Positions 27,699-41,200 of a stretch of 64,000 nt of DNA are shown here, one piece after another. Within the stretch, counting starts at the first letter, position 1. Every line of letters starts with the position of its first letter. Origin of the DNA: the human T2T-CHM13v2.0 reference genome, Homo sapiens; assembly GCF_009914755.1 (NCBI RefSeq), contig NC_060926.1; one strand, 5' to 3'. The notes beneath the pieces are model-generated. The model was not told where the DNA came from and did no database searches. It worked only from the letters and a program-made list of their open reading frames with translations. A program made the position numbers and the translations under genes.

Positions 27699-28241
27699 GC
27701 TCCTGACCACCCTCCCAGCTCTTCCTCCCTCCCTGCCTGACTCTGCAGAAACCCGCCCCAGTGGGCCCCTCCCCTAGAGGCTCCCAGATACCCATCTGCC
27801 CTATTTTCTTCCTCTTCCCATTAGCACCTTCCCGTCAGTTCTCAGCCCCATCATCCCAGCCTCTGCCGCATCCAGCATAACCCCAAACACACCTCTTCTT
27901 CTCTGGGGGCTGGGACTGGCACCTAGGAAGGGGGTCTCAGCTTTGCACAGAAAACATCCTTATGACTATGGCTGACCTTTAATTCTAGCCTCAGAACCTC
28001 TTAAGTAAAAGGAGTCAGGTAAAAGAGGGGCCAGGTCAGTGCGGCCGATATTTGCAGGTCAAAGGAGGAAGCGGGGTGACCAGCCACTTGGGGACTCACA
28101 ACTGAATTATAGTATACAGGAGGATGTGCGGAGGTTATATAAAAATACTACATGATTTTGTACAAGGGACTTGAGCATCTGTGGACTTTGGTACCCATGG
28201 GGGTCCTGAAACAAATCCCCTGCAGATACCAAGGGACAACT

Positions 28242-29356
28242 CTGTAAAAAATATATCTGGTCTTCATCTCAGTTCCTGACACAGAACTCCTAAAACGCTT
28301 AGAGTTTCCTGGGTGACAGGAGTGTTTTTTGTTATTCATAATAAGCCCCTTAGGACTACACTTGGGTTTATGCTAATGAGGTGACACAGGGTGGACCCTT
28401 AGATAATTTCAGGCTGGAGGCTGGTCCCAGAAAGACCAAACATGGGATTAGACTTTGGAAGACTGGGACTTTCAGCCACCCACTCCCATTCCCTACTCCC
28501 AGACCTCCAGGTATGGGAGATGGCCTGGGGTCTGGGCTATAACGACTCTTAAAAATGAGATTCAAGGAGCTTAGGGATTGGTGATCCACATGCCAGGAGG
28601 GTGTCATGCCCTGACTCCACAGAGACAGAGTCTCCTGCACTTGGGACCCCACTGGGCCTTGCCCTGTGTACCTCTTCATCAGGCTGTTTTTGTCCTTTAC
28701 AAGAAAAGAATAGGAAGTACAGTGTTTTTCTGAGTTCTGTGAATTGTTCTAGTGAATTATGAAAACTGAGAGGTTGTTGCAGAAACCCCCTAATTTTTTG
28801 TTTGAGACAGGGTCTCCCTCTGTCACTCAGGCTGGAGTGCAGTGGTACGATCATAAGTCAATGCAGCCTTGAACTCCTGGACACAAGTGATCCTCAGTTC
28901 TCAGCCCCAACATCCCAGCCTCTGTCACATCCAGCATAACCCCAGCATAACTGGGACTACAGGTGTGTGCCAACATACCTGGCTAATTTTTTATTTTTAT
29001 TTTTTTGTAGAGATGGGATCTCTTTTTATTCCCCAGGCTGGTCTGGAACTCCCGGCTTCAAGTGGTCCTCCCACCTCAGCCTCCCAAAGTGCTGGGACTA
29101 CAGGCATGAGCCACCTTGCCTAGCCAGAACCCCCAAATTTGTAGTTGACCAGGCAGAAGTGGGGTCACTACCTCACTTGTAGCTAGCATCTGAAGGGGGG
29201 CAGTCTTGTGGGACTGAGGCCTTACCCTGTGAGATCTGTGCTAACTCTGGAAGTTAGTGTTAGAATCTGTTTGAATTGTTGGATGCCCAGCGGGTGTCAG
29301 AGAATCGGCTGGTGTCAGGAAAAAGCACACATTTGGTGTCAGAAGTGGTGTCAGAA
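28242..29356 (+). mobile_element. MER21-like ERVL LTR interrupted by an Alu; preceded by a MER2-like fragment (about 28100-28240)
   Basis: Recognised by eye: ..cagttcctgacacagaactcctaaaac.., ..cacacatttggtgtcagaagt; MER2 end ..cccctgcagataccaagggacaact. Confidence 0.65.
28794..29125 (-). mobile_element. Alu (AluJ-like) carrying a 51-bp non-Alu insert
   Basis: Reverse Alu consensus broken at 28894-28944. Confidence 0.85.
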
Positions 29357-30179
29357 AATACCAAGCAGGCCCCAACTTTAGCTGATTGGATCCATGCCTC
29401 CTGAGGTGACCAGGTTCTCAAGACTAACTCAAAAGAATCTGATGGAGCAGGCTGGGGCCAATGTGTGGCTTTCAATGAGCCCTATCCCTTCCAGGAGGAA
29501 CAGATACTGCTTCAGGGGGTTCCTGCTGCTGGGTGGGCCTAGCATTAGAAGAGAAGGCATGAGGCATCCCAGTGGACAGTGCCATGGAGCTGTGCAAACG
29601 TTATGTCCCTGTTCCTGCCACAGGGGTTACCAGCTGAACAGAACCAATATTCCCATGGCTGGTCAAGGAACCCCTCTAAAAGCCAGTGCCGGGGTTACCA
29701 GCAGATTCCTGTTCTTTGGTTCCTTCTTGTCTCCATTACTTCAAACGGTCACAATCTTTTTGAAATAAATCACATTTTCTTTCACTTTGGAAAGTCTAAT
29801 TACATATTACACCATCATAGCAACTCTTAAACAAACTCACAACCTTGCAAATGGCTTGTTCCATCCATGTTGTATTGTTTCTTTGCTACTTTCACCCTCT
29901 GTTCCTATGTCCCATTCTCATGTCTTTTGCACAGATCCTGGGGTCAGCCTCTTATAGGTCCCCAGCTGCCGACTAACAACACTGCAGACCAACCACAAAG
30001 GTGGAGAAGCCACACGGAACGTGCCTCCTCTGAGGCCGGGCTAGGAGAACAGCTTTGGCCCAGGAGGAGCCTGTGCCATGTGTGGCTGATGTCAACCCGG
30101 CAAGCAAGTTGCCCCGTGGGTAGGGGATCTGCAGGCAGGAAGGGAGTGGTTGCCCACACCCAGTTCATGATGGTGGGGG

Positions 30180-30210
30180 TGTGTGTGTTTGTGTGTGTGT
30201 GTGTGTGTGT
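30180..30210. repeat. (TG)n microsatellite
   Basis: gtgtgtgtttgtgtgtgtgtgtgtgtgtgt. Confidence 0.9.
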
Positions 30211-30814
30211 TGAACTGTGCAGTGTTAGGGGCCCAATGTGTAGAGTGCAGAGCCACCATTTGCTGCCTTTTACCTCCTGTTTGTTGAAAACTGACCTTAG
30301 AGAGGAGGGCACAGCAGGAATGAAGGGTGAAGGCACCCATTTCTGGACTATCAACAGCGCTGCCTGAGATCCCAGTGGTGTCTGCCAGACTCCTTCTCCG
30401 CCACATAGAATGGGATGGAAGCTGCTGGAGGTGCCTCCCTAGAGGCCCATCAGACACCCAGGGCTGGTGGCTGAAAAGAAAGGGCTTGTCTTGGTTTATG
30501 TTTCCCCATACACAGGAAGGGCCCAGGCTGGACCTACTCAGGACCTATTTCCTCCTGAGGCCTGAGAGCTGAGGGAACCTCGAAGGCAGAACTCTACAGA
30601 TCCCTTGCCCAACTGGAAGGTCAGAGTCTGGGCCAGGAGAGGGGCATAGTTCTTCCCTGGCCTCCCCACCCACCCTCCGGGCCCTAGCTCTTCTATTTCC
30701 CACAGGAACACCATCTACCAGCAGGGCAGAAAAACCAGGGGGTTGCTATGTCTTCACTGAGAGGCTTTCTGTTCTCTGGCCAGACAAAAACAAATGGGCA
30801 TTAATACAAGAACT

Positions 30815-31126
<312 letters not shown>

Positions 31127-31479
31127 CTACTTGGTGGGACTAAAGCCAAACCAGAGGGAGCCAGAGCCAGGAGAGGGAGAGAGGCGGATTCTTCTTTATG
31201 TTTTTTAATCCAGGACATTTTATTTAATAGTAGGGACAGCTTCTTGACATGATGTGAGCACTTGTATTCAGCAGTACAAAGTGTCCTGATTTTACACCCT
31301 ACAAAATACAGCAACGACAATTCATCACATTTACAGGCCTGAATGCAAACCACCATCTCACCTGGCTTTTATCCCATTCGTCTCCTAACTGTTCTCCCTG
31401 CCTCTCCTCTTACCCCCTCTCAAGTCCTGTCACCATGGTGCAAGCATAATGATCTTTTAAAAAAAAATTAGGTGTACAC

Positions 31480-31693
31480 ACAAATATTACTTAGCTCTCT
31501 CAGCTGGGAGAGGCAATGATGTTCTAATAGCAACAGCCACACAGCACCCAGGTTTTGGTTTCTAACACCATTCTCCAAAAAAAGGAAACCTGGGCTCATT
31601 AGAGAAATGGCTGACTCTAGAACTGGGGCAGGAAATACTCAAGATGAGCCTGGAGCATCCTGTAGTACCAGAAAGCAAGGAAATGCTTAGTTA

Positions 31694-31733
<40 letters not shown>

Positions 31734-32630
31734 GAGGGAAGTATGTCAAAATGACACAGGAACCAATGAAGGAGCTCCCAATGGCCAAAGCCAGAGCAAT
31801 TTGAGCAAGAACAAAACAAAAAAACAAATAAAGTAGTATTGGATTATAACCCAAAGTGTAAGAGAAATATCTGTGAGTCCATACTGACATAAATGAATGT
31901 CTGAGTAAGTAAACAAATAGATAAGTCTCTAGGGCAGAAAATGTCCAAATATTTTATGTAAATATCCCATTCTGAGAAAAGTAGAGTGTAACTTCCTACT
32001 CTTTCAGTGTGAACTGCATATAGTGACTTCCTTCCAAAAAGTTCAGTATAGGAAAAGGGAGAAAAGAGTAACTCTGGAGTCAATAAACTTGGCAAACACT
32101 ACCCCAGCCTGGAGATTAAGGTCAACACCAACAGTAATGAATTCTATTGATGGTATGTACCCTTCATAGGATGTGATGAGAACGGCCCTTTATCTCCATG
32201 GTCTTCCTCCTGAAACTCAGTACCCCAATCTAATCATGAGAAAAACACCAGACAAATTCCATTTAAGGGACAATCTACAAAGTACCTGACCAGTGGGCTC
32301 CTCAAAACTGTCAAAGTCTTCAAAAACAAGGAAAGACTGAGAAAATGTCACAGCCAAGAGGATCCTAAGGAGACACGATGGCTAAATGTAACGTGGTATT
32401 CTGGATGGTATCCTAGGAGAGAAAAAGGATGTTAGGGGAAAACCAACAAAATCTGAATAAAGTATGGACTTCAGTTAAATATTGGCTCATTAATTGTGAC
32501 AAATGTACCATACTAATATAAGATGTTAACAATAGGGGAAATGGGAAAGGATGGGTATATAGAAACTCTCTGTATTATCTTCACAATTTTTCTGTAAAGC
32601 TGAAACTATTCTATAATATAAAGTTTTTTA
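31480..32630 (+). mobile_element. Old L1M (L1MC/MD-like) 3' region
   Basis: Resembles L1MD/MC 3'UTR (..gtgacaaatgtaccatactaatataagatgttaacaatagggga..); subfamily and boundaries uncertain. Confidence 0.6.
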
Positions 32631-32637
32631 AAAAAAA

Positions 32638-32919
32638 TTTTGAGACAAGGTCTCACTCTATCACCCAGGCTGGAGTACAGTGGCGTGATTACAGCTCACT
32701 GCAGCCTTGACCTCCCAGGTTCAAGCAATTCTCCCACCTCAGCCTCTTGATTTGCTGGGACTACAGGCACACGCCACCACACACGGCTAAGTTTTGTATT
32801 TTTTTTTTAGAGACAGGGTCTCCCTATGTTGCCCAGGCTGGCCTCAAACTCTTGTGATCAAGTGATTCTCCTTGAGTTCTGTGCTCTGTGAACGCAGGCA
32901 TGAGCCACTGAGCCCAGCC
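32638..32919 (-). mobile_element. Alu (AluJ-like)
   Basis: Reverse Alu consensus. Confidence 0.85.
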
Positions 32920-32948
32920 TAAAAAGGTATTTAAAAGATATTAGGGAT

Positions 32949-33250
32949 GGCTGGGTATGGCAACTCACACCTGTAATCCGAGCACTTTGGGAAGCTGAGG
33001 CAGGAGGATCACCTGAGCTCAGGAGTTTGAAGCCAGCCTGGGCAACATAGCAAGACCTCATCTCTACTAAAATTAAAAAAAATAGCTGGGTGTGGTGGTG
33101 CACACCTGAGGTTCCAGGTACTCAGGAGGCTAAGGCAGGAGGATTGGTTAAACCCAGGAGTTCAAGGTTGCAGTGAGCTGTGATTGTGCCACTGTACTCC
33201 AACCTGAGTGGCAAAGGGAGGCCCTGTCTCAAAAAAATCAAAATTAAAAA
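32949..33250 (+). mobile_element. Alu (AluJ-like)
   Basis: Alu consensus. Confidence 0.85.
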
Positions 33251-33484
33251 AAGACATAAGTAGTAATTATGGAATCTCAGAAGACCAGAGTCAAGCTTTA
33301 GAGTCTATGCTGGCAGGAGGAATGCTCCAAGAACGGCAGCACTAAATCTAGTCTAAGCTCTGAAAAACCACCAGGACAAATCAAAGGTCTCACATGGTAG
33401 AATCCGACTGGTGGTCCCTGGGTCACATGATTGCACTTTAAAAATAAATAAATAATTAAATTAAATTAAATTAAATTGAATTAA

Positions 33485-33729
33485 AACAGGGTCTTGCTCT
33501 GTAGCCCAGGCTAGAGTGCAGTGGTGTGATCACGGCTCACTGCAGCCTCAATCTCTTGAGCCCAAGCAATCCTCCCACCTCAGCCTCCCAAGAGCTACGA
33601 TTACAAGTCCGCACTACCACACCCAGCTAATTTTTTTTGTATTTTTTGTGGAGACGGGGTCCCACTGGGTTGACCAAGCAGATCTTCAACTCCTGGCCTC
33701 AAGTGATCCTCCTGCCTTGGCTCCCAAAG
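33485..33729 (-). mobile_element. Alu (AluJ-like, 5' truncated) with (TTTAA)n-type tail
   Basis: Reverse Alu consensus. Confidence 0.8.
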
Positions 33730-35717
33730 GGCCTCCCAAAGCATCTAGCCTCATGCCTGCACTTTTCTGCAAGGAAGGCTGTGAGTGCTAGTTCTGCTTC
33801 TAACTTTAGAAGGTGAACTCAAAATACAGGAAGATACCTAAACCAAGAAGCTGTTCAGGATAAAGGAAGAACCACAAGAGTGTGACAAATGTTTTCCAGT
33901 GACATAATTCTATTGCATGTCTGTAGATCTTGTTATTCCTGGAAGCATTTAAGCTTTCAAATGTAACAAATCATTTGTCACGCTTCTTCAACACTAAGTA
34001 AAAAACAGATGTCACTCATCTGCCTAAAACACTTCAATGTTTCCTCCTTGTCCTTCACATAAAATCCAAAACCCCTCCTCTGGCTTTGAAGGCCCTCCAA
34101 GAGCTGCCTGTCCCCTGCTTCACCTCACACCACACTCCAGCTAGACTGGACTTCTCTTGGTGCCTCAGGCCTGTCACACTCCTTCTCTGCATTTTCTGTT
34201 TCCTCTCTCTTTCCTCGTCTGTGTCCCCATCCCACTCTGCCTAAATTCTGCTCATCTCTCAAGGCTCAGCTTATGTGCCTCTTCATCAGGAAGCCTTACG
34301 AAATCCTTTCGCTTTAGGCTCCCATAGAACAATAAAAGTTTCCTTTTTGAAAACACACTGAGTTTATCATAAATTGGGCAGCCTGTGTTTTCTCCCCCAA
34401 AAACAGAGATTCATTCTGAGACCTGAAAAAAAAAAGAAAGTTGCCTTGGGACAGATAGGAGGGGAGGTTCTTGGAGGTCTGGGATGGGAACAGAGAGGTA
34501 GAGAGAAAGGAGGGCCTGAAATCTCTGAGGGAGGCAACGCATTGCCCTGCTGGGGGCTACCTGGAGCCCTGGCCAGGTGGGGTCACCAAGGGAGCCAATG
34601 GCAGCCCCCATGCCCAGGGCCCAGCCCCAACCAGGGCAACAATGCCAGGAATAATGCCAATAATCCCAGAAGCCAGGGTGCTTTGTAAGAAAAAGGGGAA
34701 GTGCTAGGCAACTACACACGTGTGCGCGCGCACACACACACACACCCCACCCAAATAATGGCTTATCTTCCAAAGCACTGGGAAAATTAAAGCAAAGAAA
34801 GCATAGCTCATACAATATGAGAAAAAGAGGAGAGAGAGAAAGAGAAAGCGAGAGAGAATGACAAAGAAAGAGAAAATGAAGTGATTCAATAGATAGATCA
34901 ATAAAGCATAAAAACAGAAAAATAAAATATAGTACATGTTCACGAGCATTAGGACTAGTTGGTCAGTGGGGGTGATTCAAGTATTTTTTTCTCTTCTTTT
35001 ATATTCAAACACAAAAGGATAAATTTTTCAAGAGTATTTTATTGCAACATTGAAACAGGGCATGTCAAGCATTGTTAGCCTGCCAAATCAGAAAAAAAAA
35101 GAAAGAAAACAACTAATGTAATACAATAAATACCCAAGTTGACTGAGAAAAAGTTCTCACCTGTCCCTGGCTCCCAACTTTTCACCTGACAATGGAAAAA
35201 TCCCCAGAATTTCACAAGAAATACTGCGGGGTCCATGATACGAGGAGCTGCCCAGGTATTGATAACACCCCAAGACCTGCTAGAGACAGGACTAGAGCAC
35301 TATCAATGGTGGGACTTCCTGGGCGAGGCCACACTGCCAGCAGCAGGGCAGGTGCCCATGTAGCGACCTCCCTGGAGAAGCAAGGCATGCATACAGTGGG
35401 GGAGGGAGCCAAGGTCACAAGACAAAGCAAAGCGACAGGTGTCCCAGCTTCCTCAAGGGAGGAAGCCAAGGCAATGCTGCACTTGTTGGGTTCAGGCTGG
35501 GGCACAGACTCCACATAAAAACACATCCTCACTGACTCAGGCTCTTTCAGTTTCGAGAAAAAGCAATGGTTGGGGTCAGGAGCACAGCCTCGTAAGGTCC
35601 CCATGCACAGAAACCAGGAGGATCAGAAGGGCTGGGAGGATCTGAGGCAGCCCTGGGAACGGGAGCAGCCGGAGCCCTTCAGGTTGCCCTCCGGGACCTC
35701 CATTGTGACTCCTCTGA

Positions 35718-36095
<378 letters not shown>

Positions 36096-37322
36096 TAGTT
36101 TCTTCCAATGCCACGTGACGGCCCCTCCAGCCTTTCTCTTAACTCAGTGCCTTCCAGCTCAACTTCCTTTTGTTAACAGCCTCATCCTCTTGCTATTTCC
36201 TGGTTCAAATTCTTTCCCAGAGAAATGGTCTGATTTTCCCAGCTCATCTCTTTGCCAAAACCAACCAGAGATCCCCGACCAGCCTTGTTCTTGTCACCTC
36301 CCATTTCCTCCATTGGTGAGGGAGGGATCCCCTGCCCTAAATAGGACAAGATGGCCAAAACAAGACATTTGACACTGTGCAGGTGAGACTGGCAGCAGTT
36401 TACTAGTCACAAATACAGTCTACTGGGGAAAGATATCATAAGCCACACAGGGCCACATGGGGTCACCCTCAGGAGCAGAGTGAACCAGCCAGGGCTGTGG
36501 GAGGCAGGCCTTGTAGTAATAAAAGGATGAGATGCCCCGGATTCCTGTAGGAGGATGTGATTGGCTTGTTTGAATAGTTTCTCAGGCTGGCAGAGAAGTG
36601 AAACCCATTAAGTAGAAAACTGGGTGGCATGCAGCTGGTCCAGATGATAGGAAATTAGCCAGGTGGGGACCGAGGGCAAGGATATATCTGGTGAGACGCA
36701 GGGAACTCAGGGTTAGGTCTTTGGGGCCCTGTGAGGCATAAAATGTCACAGCAGCACGTGGTATTTCAGGTCTTACAATGCAAGCCTGTGCCCTCAGCTG
36801 TGACCCATTTGCACCCAGAACAACACACTGCTGGTTACAGTTATTTAAGGAAGCATCTTTTCCTGAGGACCCTAATGAAGACCTGTGCTCACTCCACCCT
36901 CCTCTCCTGTCTGTGGTGGCTGCTGCCTGGATTCCAGCTTCAGCCACTGGACTTGGGATTTGGAACTGATGCCTGTGGAACTGGGTCTCTGTGAAGAGTG
37001 GGGAACCTGCTGAGACTTGTTCTTGGGAATTGAGCTAGAGACTAGAAGATTGTGCAGTAAACAAGAAGAAAGATCACCAAGATCGTGACATTGGAGACCT
37101 TGCTCTACTTTAATAAAAACTAGAGATAAGTACTGGTCACATTTTGTGGCATTTCCAGGACTGGAACTTCCCCAGTCCTTGTTATTTTTGACTCCCCAGA
37201 TGTTTCCTGAGGATACCCTAGAACTTCATGTCCACCAGAGGAGACTGCCTTTCCCACATATTCACCTGGACAACCAGAAATGAAAAAGTGCACTTGGAGT
37301 GAGTCCTTGACCCAGGCAGCAT

Positions 37323-37328
37323 TTTATT
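37323..37328 (-). terminator. CD207: CD207 polyadenylation signal AATAAA
   Basis: tttatt on + strand, about 810 nt downstream of the stop codon. Confidence 0.7.
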
Positions 37329-38137
37329 CTGAGGAAGCTGGAAGGTGAATTCATGAAGGCACTGAAGGCTGCTTCCCATGCACAAGACACAGGAAGATAG
37401 GAAATGCAGAAGGAGGAGGAGGTGCCGGAGAGGTGAGGACAGGGGCTGGATGGACGCTGGGTGGAAGGCAGGGCTCGGCACTCCAGTGTACTAAGGGAGT
37501 GGAAGGAGAAGGGAGGCTGGGTGCCAGCCGAGCTCTGAAGGAGATACAAGTCCGTGTCAGCCACTGACTTGAACCAGAGAAGAACGGGTTCAGGCTTTAG
37601 ATGATGTGGATGAAGAAACCACTGGGGACATACCATGAGCAGGATTTCCAAGAACAGAGCTATTTGCACTGCAAACACAGCCAGCTGCTAGCTGCCAGCA
37701 CAGCTAAGCAGAGACATGGAAATTCTAGGGGGTTTGGCCAAGAAAAGCCCTGGATGACAATATCAGGAGAATTGCTTGGTTGCTCTGGAGTAACTTTGAT
37801 GTGATGAAGCTGAGGTTTCTCTGAAAGAGTGGAAAACCCCAGGGTGTTGTGCCGGATTACGGGTCTTGATCCTCCTTAGCAGGGCAATTGGAACTTCTAA
37901 ATCCTCTCTACCCACCCCTCCCACTTTAACCTGAATTCTCCTTTCCATTCCAGCTGCCTCCAAGACGTCAGAGAATTTCCAGCCAAGACAGACGGACTCC
38001 AGAATGCCACTGTGGGACAATTTTGAAGCAAGAAAAATTAACGTGCAAAGTCATCCTGGAGTCTGGGGAAGAAAGAGGCATTTCCTCATGTTTAACAAGC
38101 GTTGGAGCTCAAAGAGTGAGCTTGGGAGCCTGTCCTG

Positions 38138-38288
38138 TCACGGTTCTGATGGGACATAGGGTCGCTTACAAATGAAAAGAAACGTTTTGTCACATGGGGC
38201 ATCATTCCAGGCCTGAAGTGAGGGAGCCTTTATATTGCCACAGTGTTCATTGTTCCCAGCATTGTTGGGCTCACCTGGAATCCAGAAC
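38138..38288 (-). CDS. CD207: CD207 exon 6 coding part (EPN and WND motifs)
   Basis: Manual translation FWIPGEPNNAGNNEHCGNIKAPSLQAWNDAPCDKTFLFICKRPYVPSEP*; EPN at 38272-38264. Confidence 0.97.
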
Positions 38289-41200
38289 CTACCAAGAGCG
38301 GGGAAAAAGATGGATTTACAAAGTGGAAAATCAAAAAGAACTTATTTCCAGTGAAGAAATGAGTTAACTCAACCCAAGCTTTTGTCCTAGGGAATGGCAT
38401 AGCAAATGTCTGCACCCAAGCCTCAGAGGAAGGGGACTGGTGAGACTTCGACCTCTAAGCTTTCACATGCCCCAAGTCCAGGCCAAACCAACCCACCACT
38501 TTCAAGTCCCTACACAAACCCACACTGTGAAGACCTAGACTCATGACAAGATCCCTGAAGCTGGCCAGGTAGAAGGCCTTGTTGCCAAACCCCAGAGGGC
38601 GTGGAGGGCTCAGGTCCACAGCCAGTTGGTGACAGGGTTGTGCTCGATCTTGGTTGCAATGTTCCTGTCACTCTAAGACAGGGAAGAATCAGAAACCCTG
38701 TCTCATGGGGAACATCGCCCCCACTCCCTTCATGCCCTGGCCATGGCCGGGGAAAGTCAGGCTGGCACGGAGGGCTCCAGGGGCTTACCTCGCACTTTGG
38801 ACCTTGTTGAATGGCGTGTCATCCACCCAGGACCAGTCCCCTTCCATCCCTGCTTTAGTCAGGCCAATCCAGTAGATGAGTCCCCCCGCTGTTTTATACA
38901 GAAACTCCTGTAGGAAAGACAGGATAAGCAGAGGTGCGGCCACACTTGGAGCTTGATCATCTGTCTCTGGGTGTTCTTCACCTGCGCTCAGTGACAGCCC
39001 TGACCCACAGATGCGCTGCACAAACTGGCCTCTCAAGCTTCTTCCTGCCCTTGCCCAGAGCCCAGATTTCATCTTCCAGATTATGATGTGTCCCTGCTCT
39101 GCAGCTAACAAGCTCAGGACTCAAGCCTTTCTGCCACTCAGGAAGCAGGTGCTGAAGCACAGGAAGGCCTCAGCTGAACTCCAGAGCACGGACCGCAAGA
39201 GAATGGTTCATATGATAATACCTGAATTAAATGAGCCCTGAATCCACATACGGCACTGTGCTGAGTCGTCCATATGCATTCTCTCCTTTCCTCTGAGGCA
39301 GGTGCCATCACCATGCATGTTTCATCAAGTGAGGGCCAGTGAAGTTTGCCCAGTGAAGTTGGGTATTCCACCCAAGCTGCTAGGACTAGTTAGATGGCAA
39401 GGTTCAGGCTCTAGAACTACGCCAGAGCCCAGGCTCTGACCTGCTCTGCTATCCCACCTCCCAGATGAAAAGGGCCTGCCCAATTTCTGCCTCACCAGGC
39501 AGGAGACTTCTTGAGTCATGTGGAATCATTAAGGCTGTTCACAAATATTTCTTTTTTTCTGGGCACATGGAAAGTAGATCCTCTCTGCCCTGTTCCAGGA
39601 GTACTGGAATCCAGGATCCTCCCAATCCAGGAGTACTGCATAACTTACTTAACTTAATTAACATAACTTAAGCTAGTGAAATGTAAGCAAAAATGAGGTA
39701 TGTTAAATCTGGGCAGAAGCTTTGCACAATATGTCAAGTTCCCCTTTCCTGCCCCAGCAATTGTGGAGACATATTAAGATGAAGACTCCTTGGGCCTGGG
39801 TCCTTGAGTAGCCACAGTGAGCACAGCCCCCTTGCCGGCCCTTATTCGACATGCTACTGAGAACCAATCCTTCTTCATTAGGTCATCAATATTTGGGGAT
39901 TTTTGTTCACGCAGTATAATCTTGCCCATCCTCCCTGGCCCAGTGCTCATACGCCCCCTTCACAGAGCCCATAGGCACAGCACTCACCTGCTCACTCTCT
40001 GAGGTCACCGAGGTCAGGTGTGAATTCCTGGACACACAGAACTGCTCGGCACTATACCAGGTCTTTGGAATGAGAGAAAAGTAATAGAAGTTCCCCTTGA
40101 AGTACTTCCAGCCTTGAGAAACCACCTGTAGAATATCATCTAGAGAACAAGAGGTAAAAGTGAACGCTGGTATTCTTGATTTCTTGGGATGCTGGCTTGG
40201 TGGGGGCACTTGAATGAGGTCTCAGAGACAGCAGCAAATGGAGCTGTGCGCTGGTGTCCTTGGGTCCTTGTATAGGAGATTAGGGACACTCTTTCAAATC
40301 CTGAAAGTCAGACAGAGACTAATAGAGTCTCTGGGACTGGAGAGGTTATAATGCAAGAGGTTGGACAAAGAGTGTCTTCCCCATGATGAGGAAGCAACCC
40401 TCCATCGGCCATGACAAGTGGCTGAGCCCCTGGACTCTAGAAAGGAACTTGATGGGAAATGACTAGGTGTGGGCCAGGGTGGACATCCCCTAATGCTTTT
40501 ACATTCTGCACTTTTGTGTGGGAGCTCTAGCTGGACCCTGGTCTCTTTTCTCCTAACAGCCCCTAAGTCCTCCCCAACCTCAAGCCCTCTCTCCTTAACT
40601 TCCTAGCCCATGGCTGCCCCTCTTTTGCCCCCACTCTCCTCCCCAACCCACCAGCCCAATGGCCTCAGGTCTGGGACAGGTAAGATCCCATGGGCCACTG
40701 GTCAGCTTCAATGTAATTTTCTGAGTCACTTACTTTGTCGTTTGAGCAACTTGCTCATATTCTCCAAGCTGCCCTGGAGTGCCCGGATCTTTGTATTTAA
40801 AGCACTGGCTTTCTCCAAATCACTTTTTAACTCTGGGATTTGGGCATTTAAGGTACTGACTTCTTCCCAACTTCTTGTTAAGATCTGGATCTGTGCGTTG
40901 GCCTTCTCCACACTGGTTTTTAACTTCAGGAACTGAGAACGCACATAACCCAGGCTCTCATTCACCATCTGGATCTGAACGCCAGCTGCCTCCATGCCGT
41001 CACTATTCTTTTTAATTTCAGAATCCAGGGTGCTGATGTTGTCCACACGACCTTTCAGCAACTGGACATTGGTCTTTACATCTGATATGGTGCCCATAAA
41101 CCGGGGATCTGGGATTGAGAAAGTCAGGAGGTCAGCTGAGGGGAGTCCCAGGGACAGGAGTGGGGGTGTTGTCAGGTTGATCAAAGGAAGGGAAGGAATA

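Noticed and set aside
35038-35043. Minus-strand AATAAA as a distal CD207 polyA site
   Set aside because: Hexamer alone in an AT-rich tract, with no supporting evidence in the sequence
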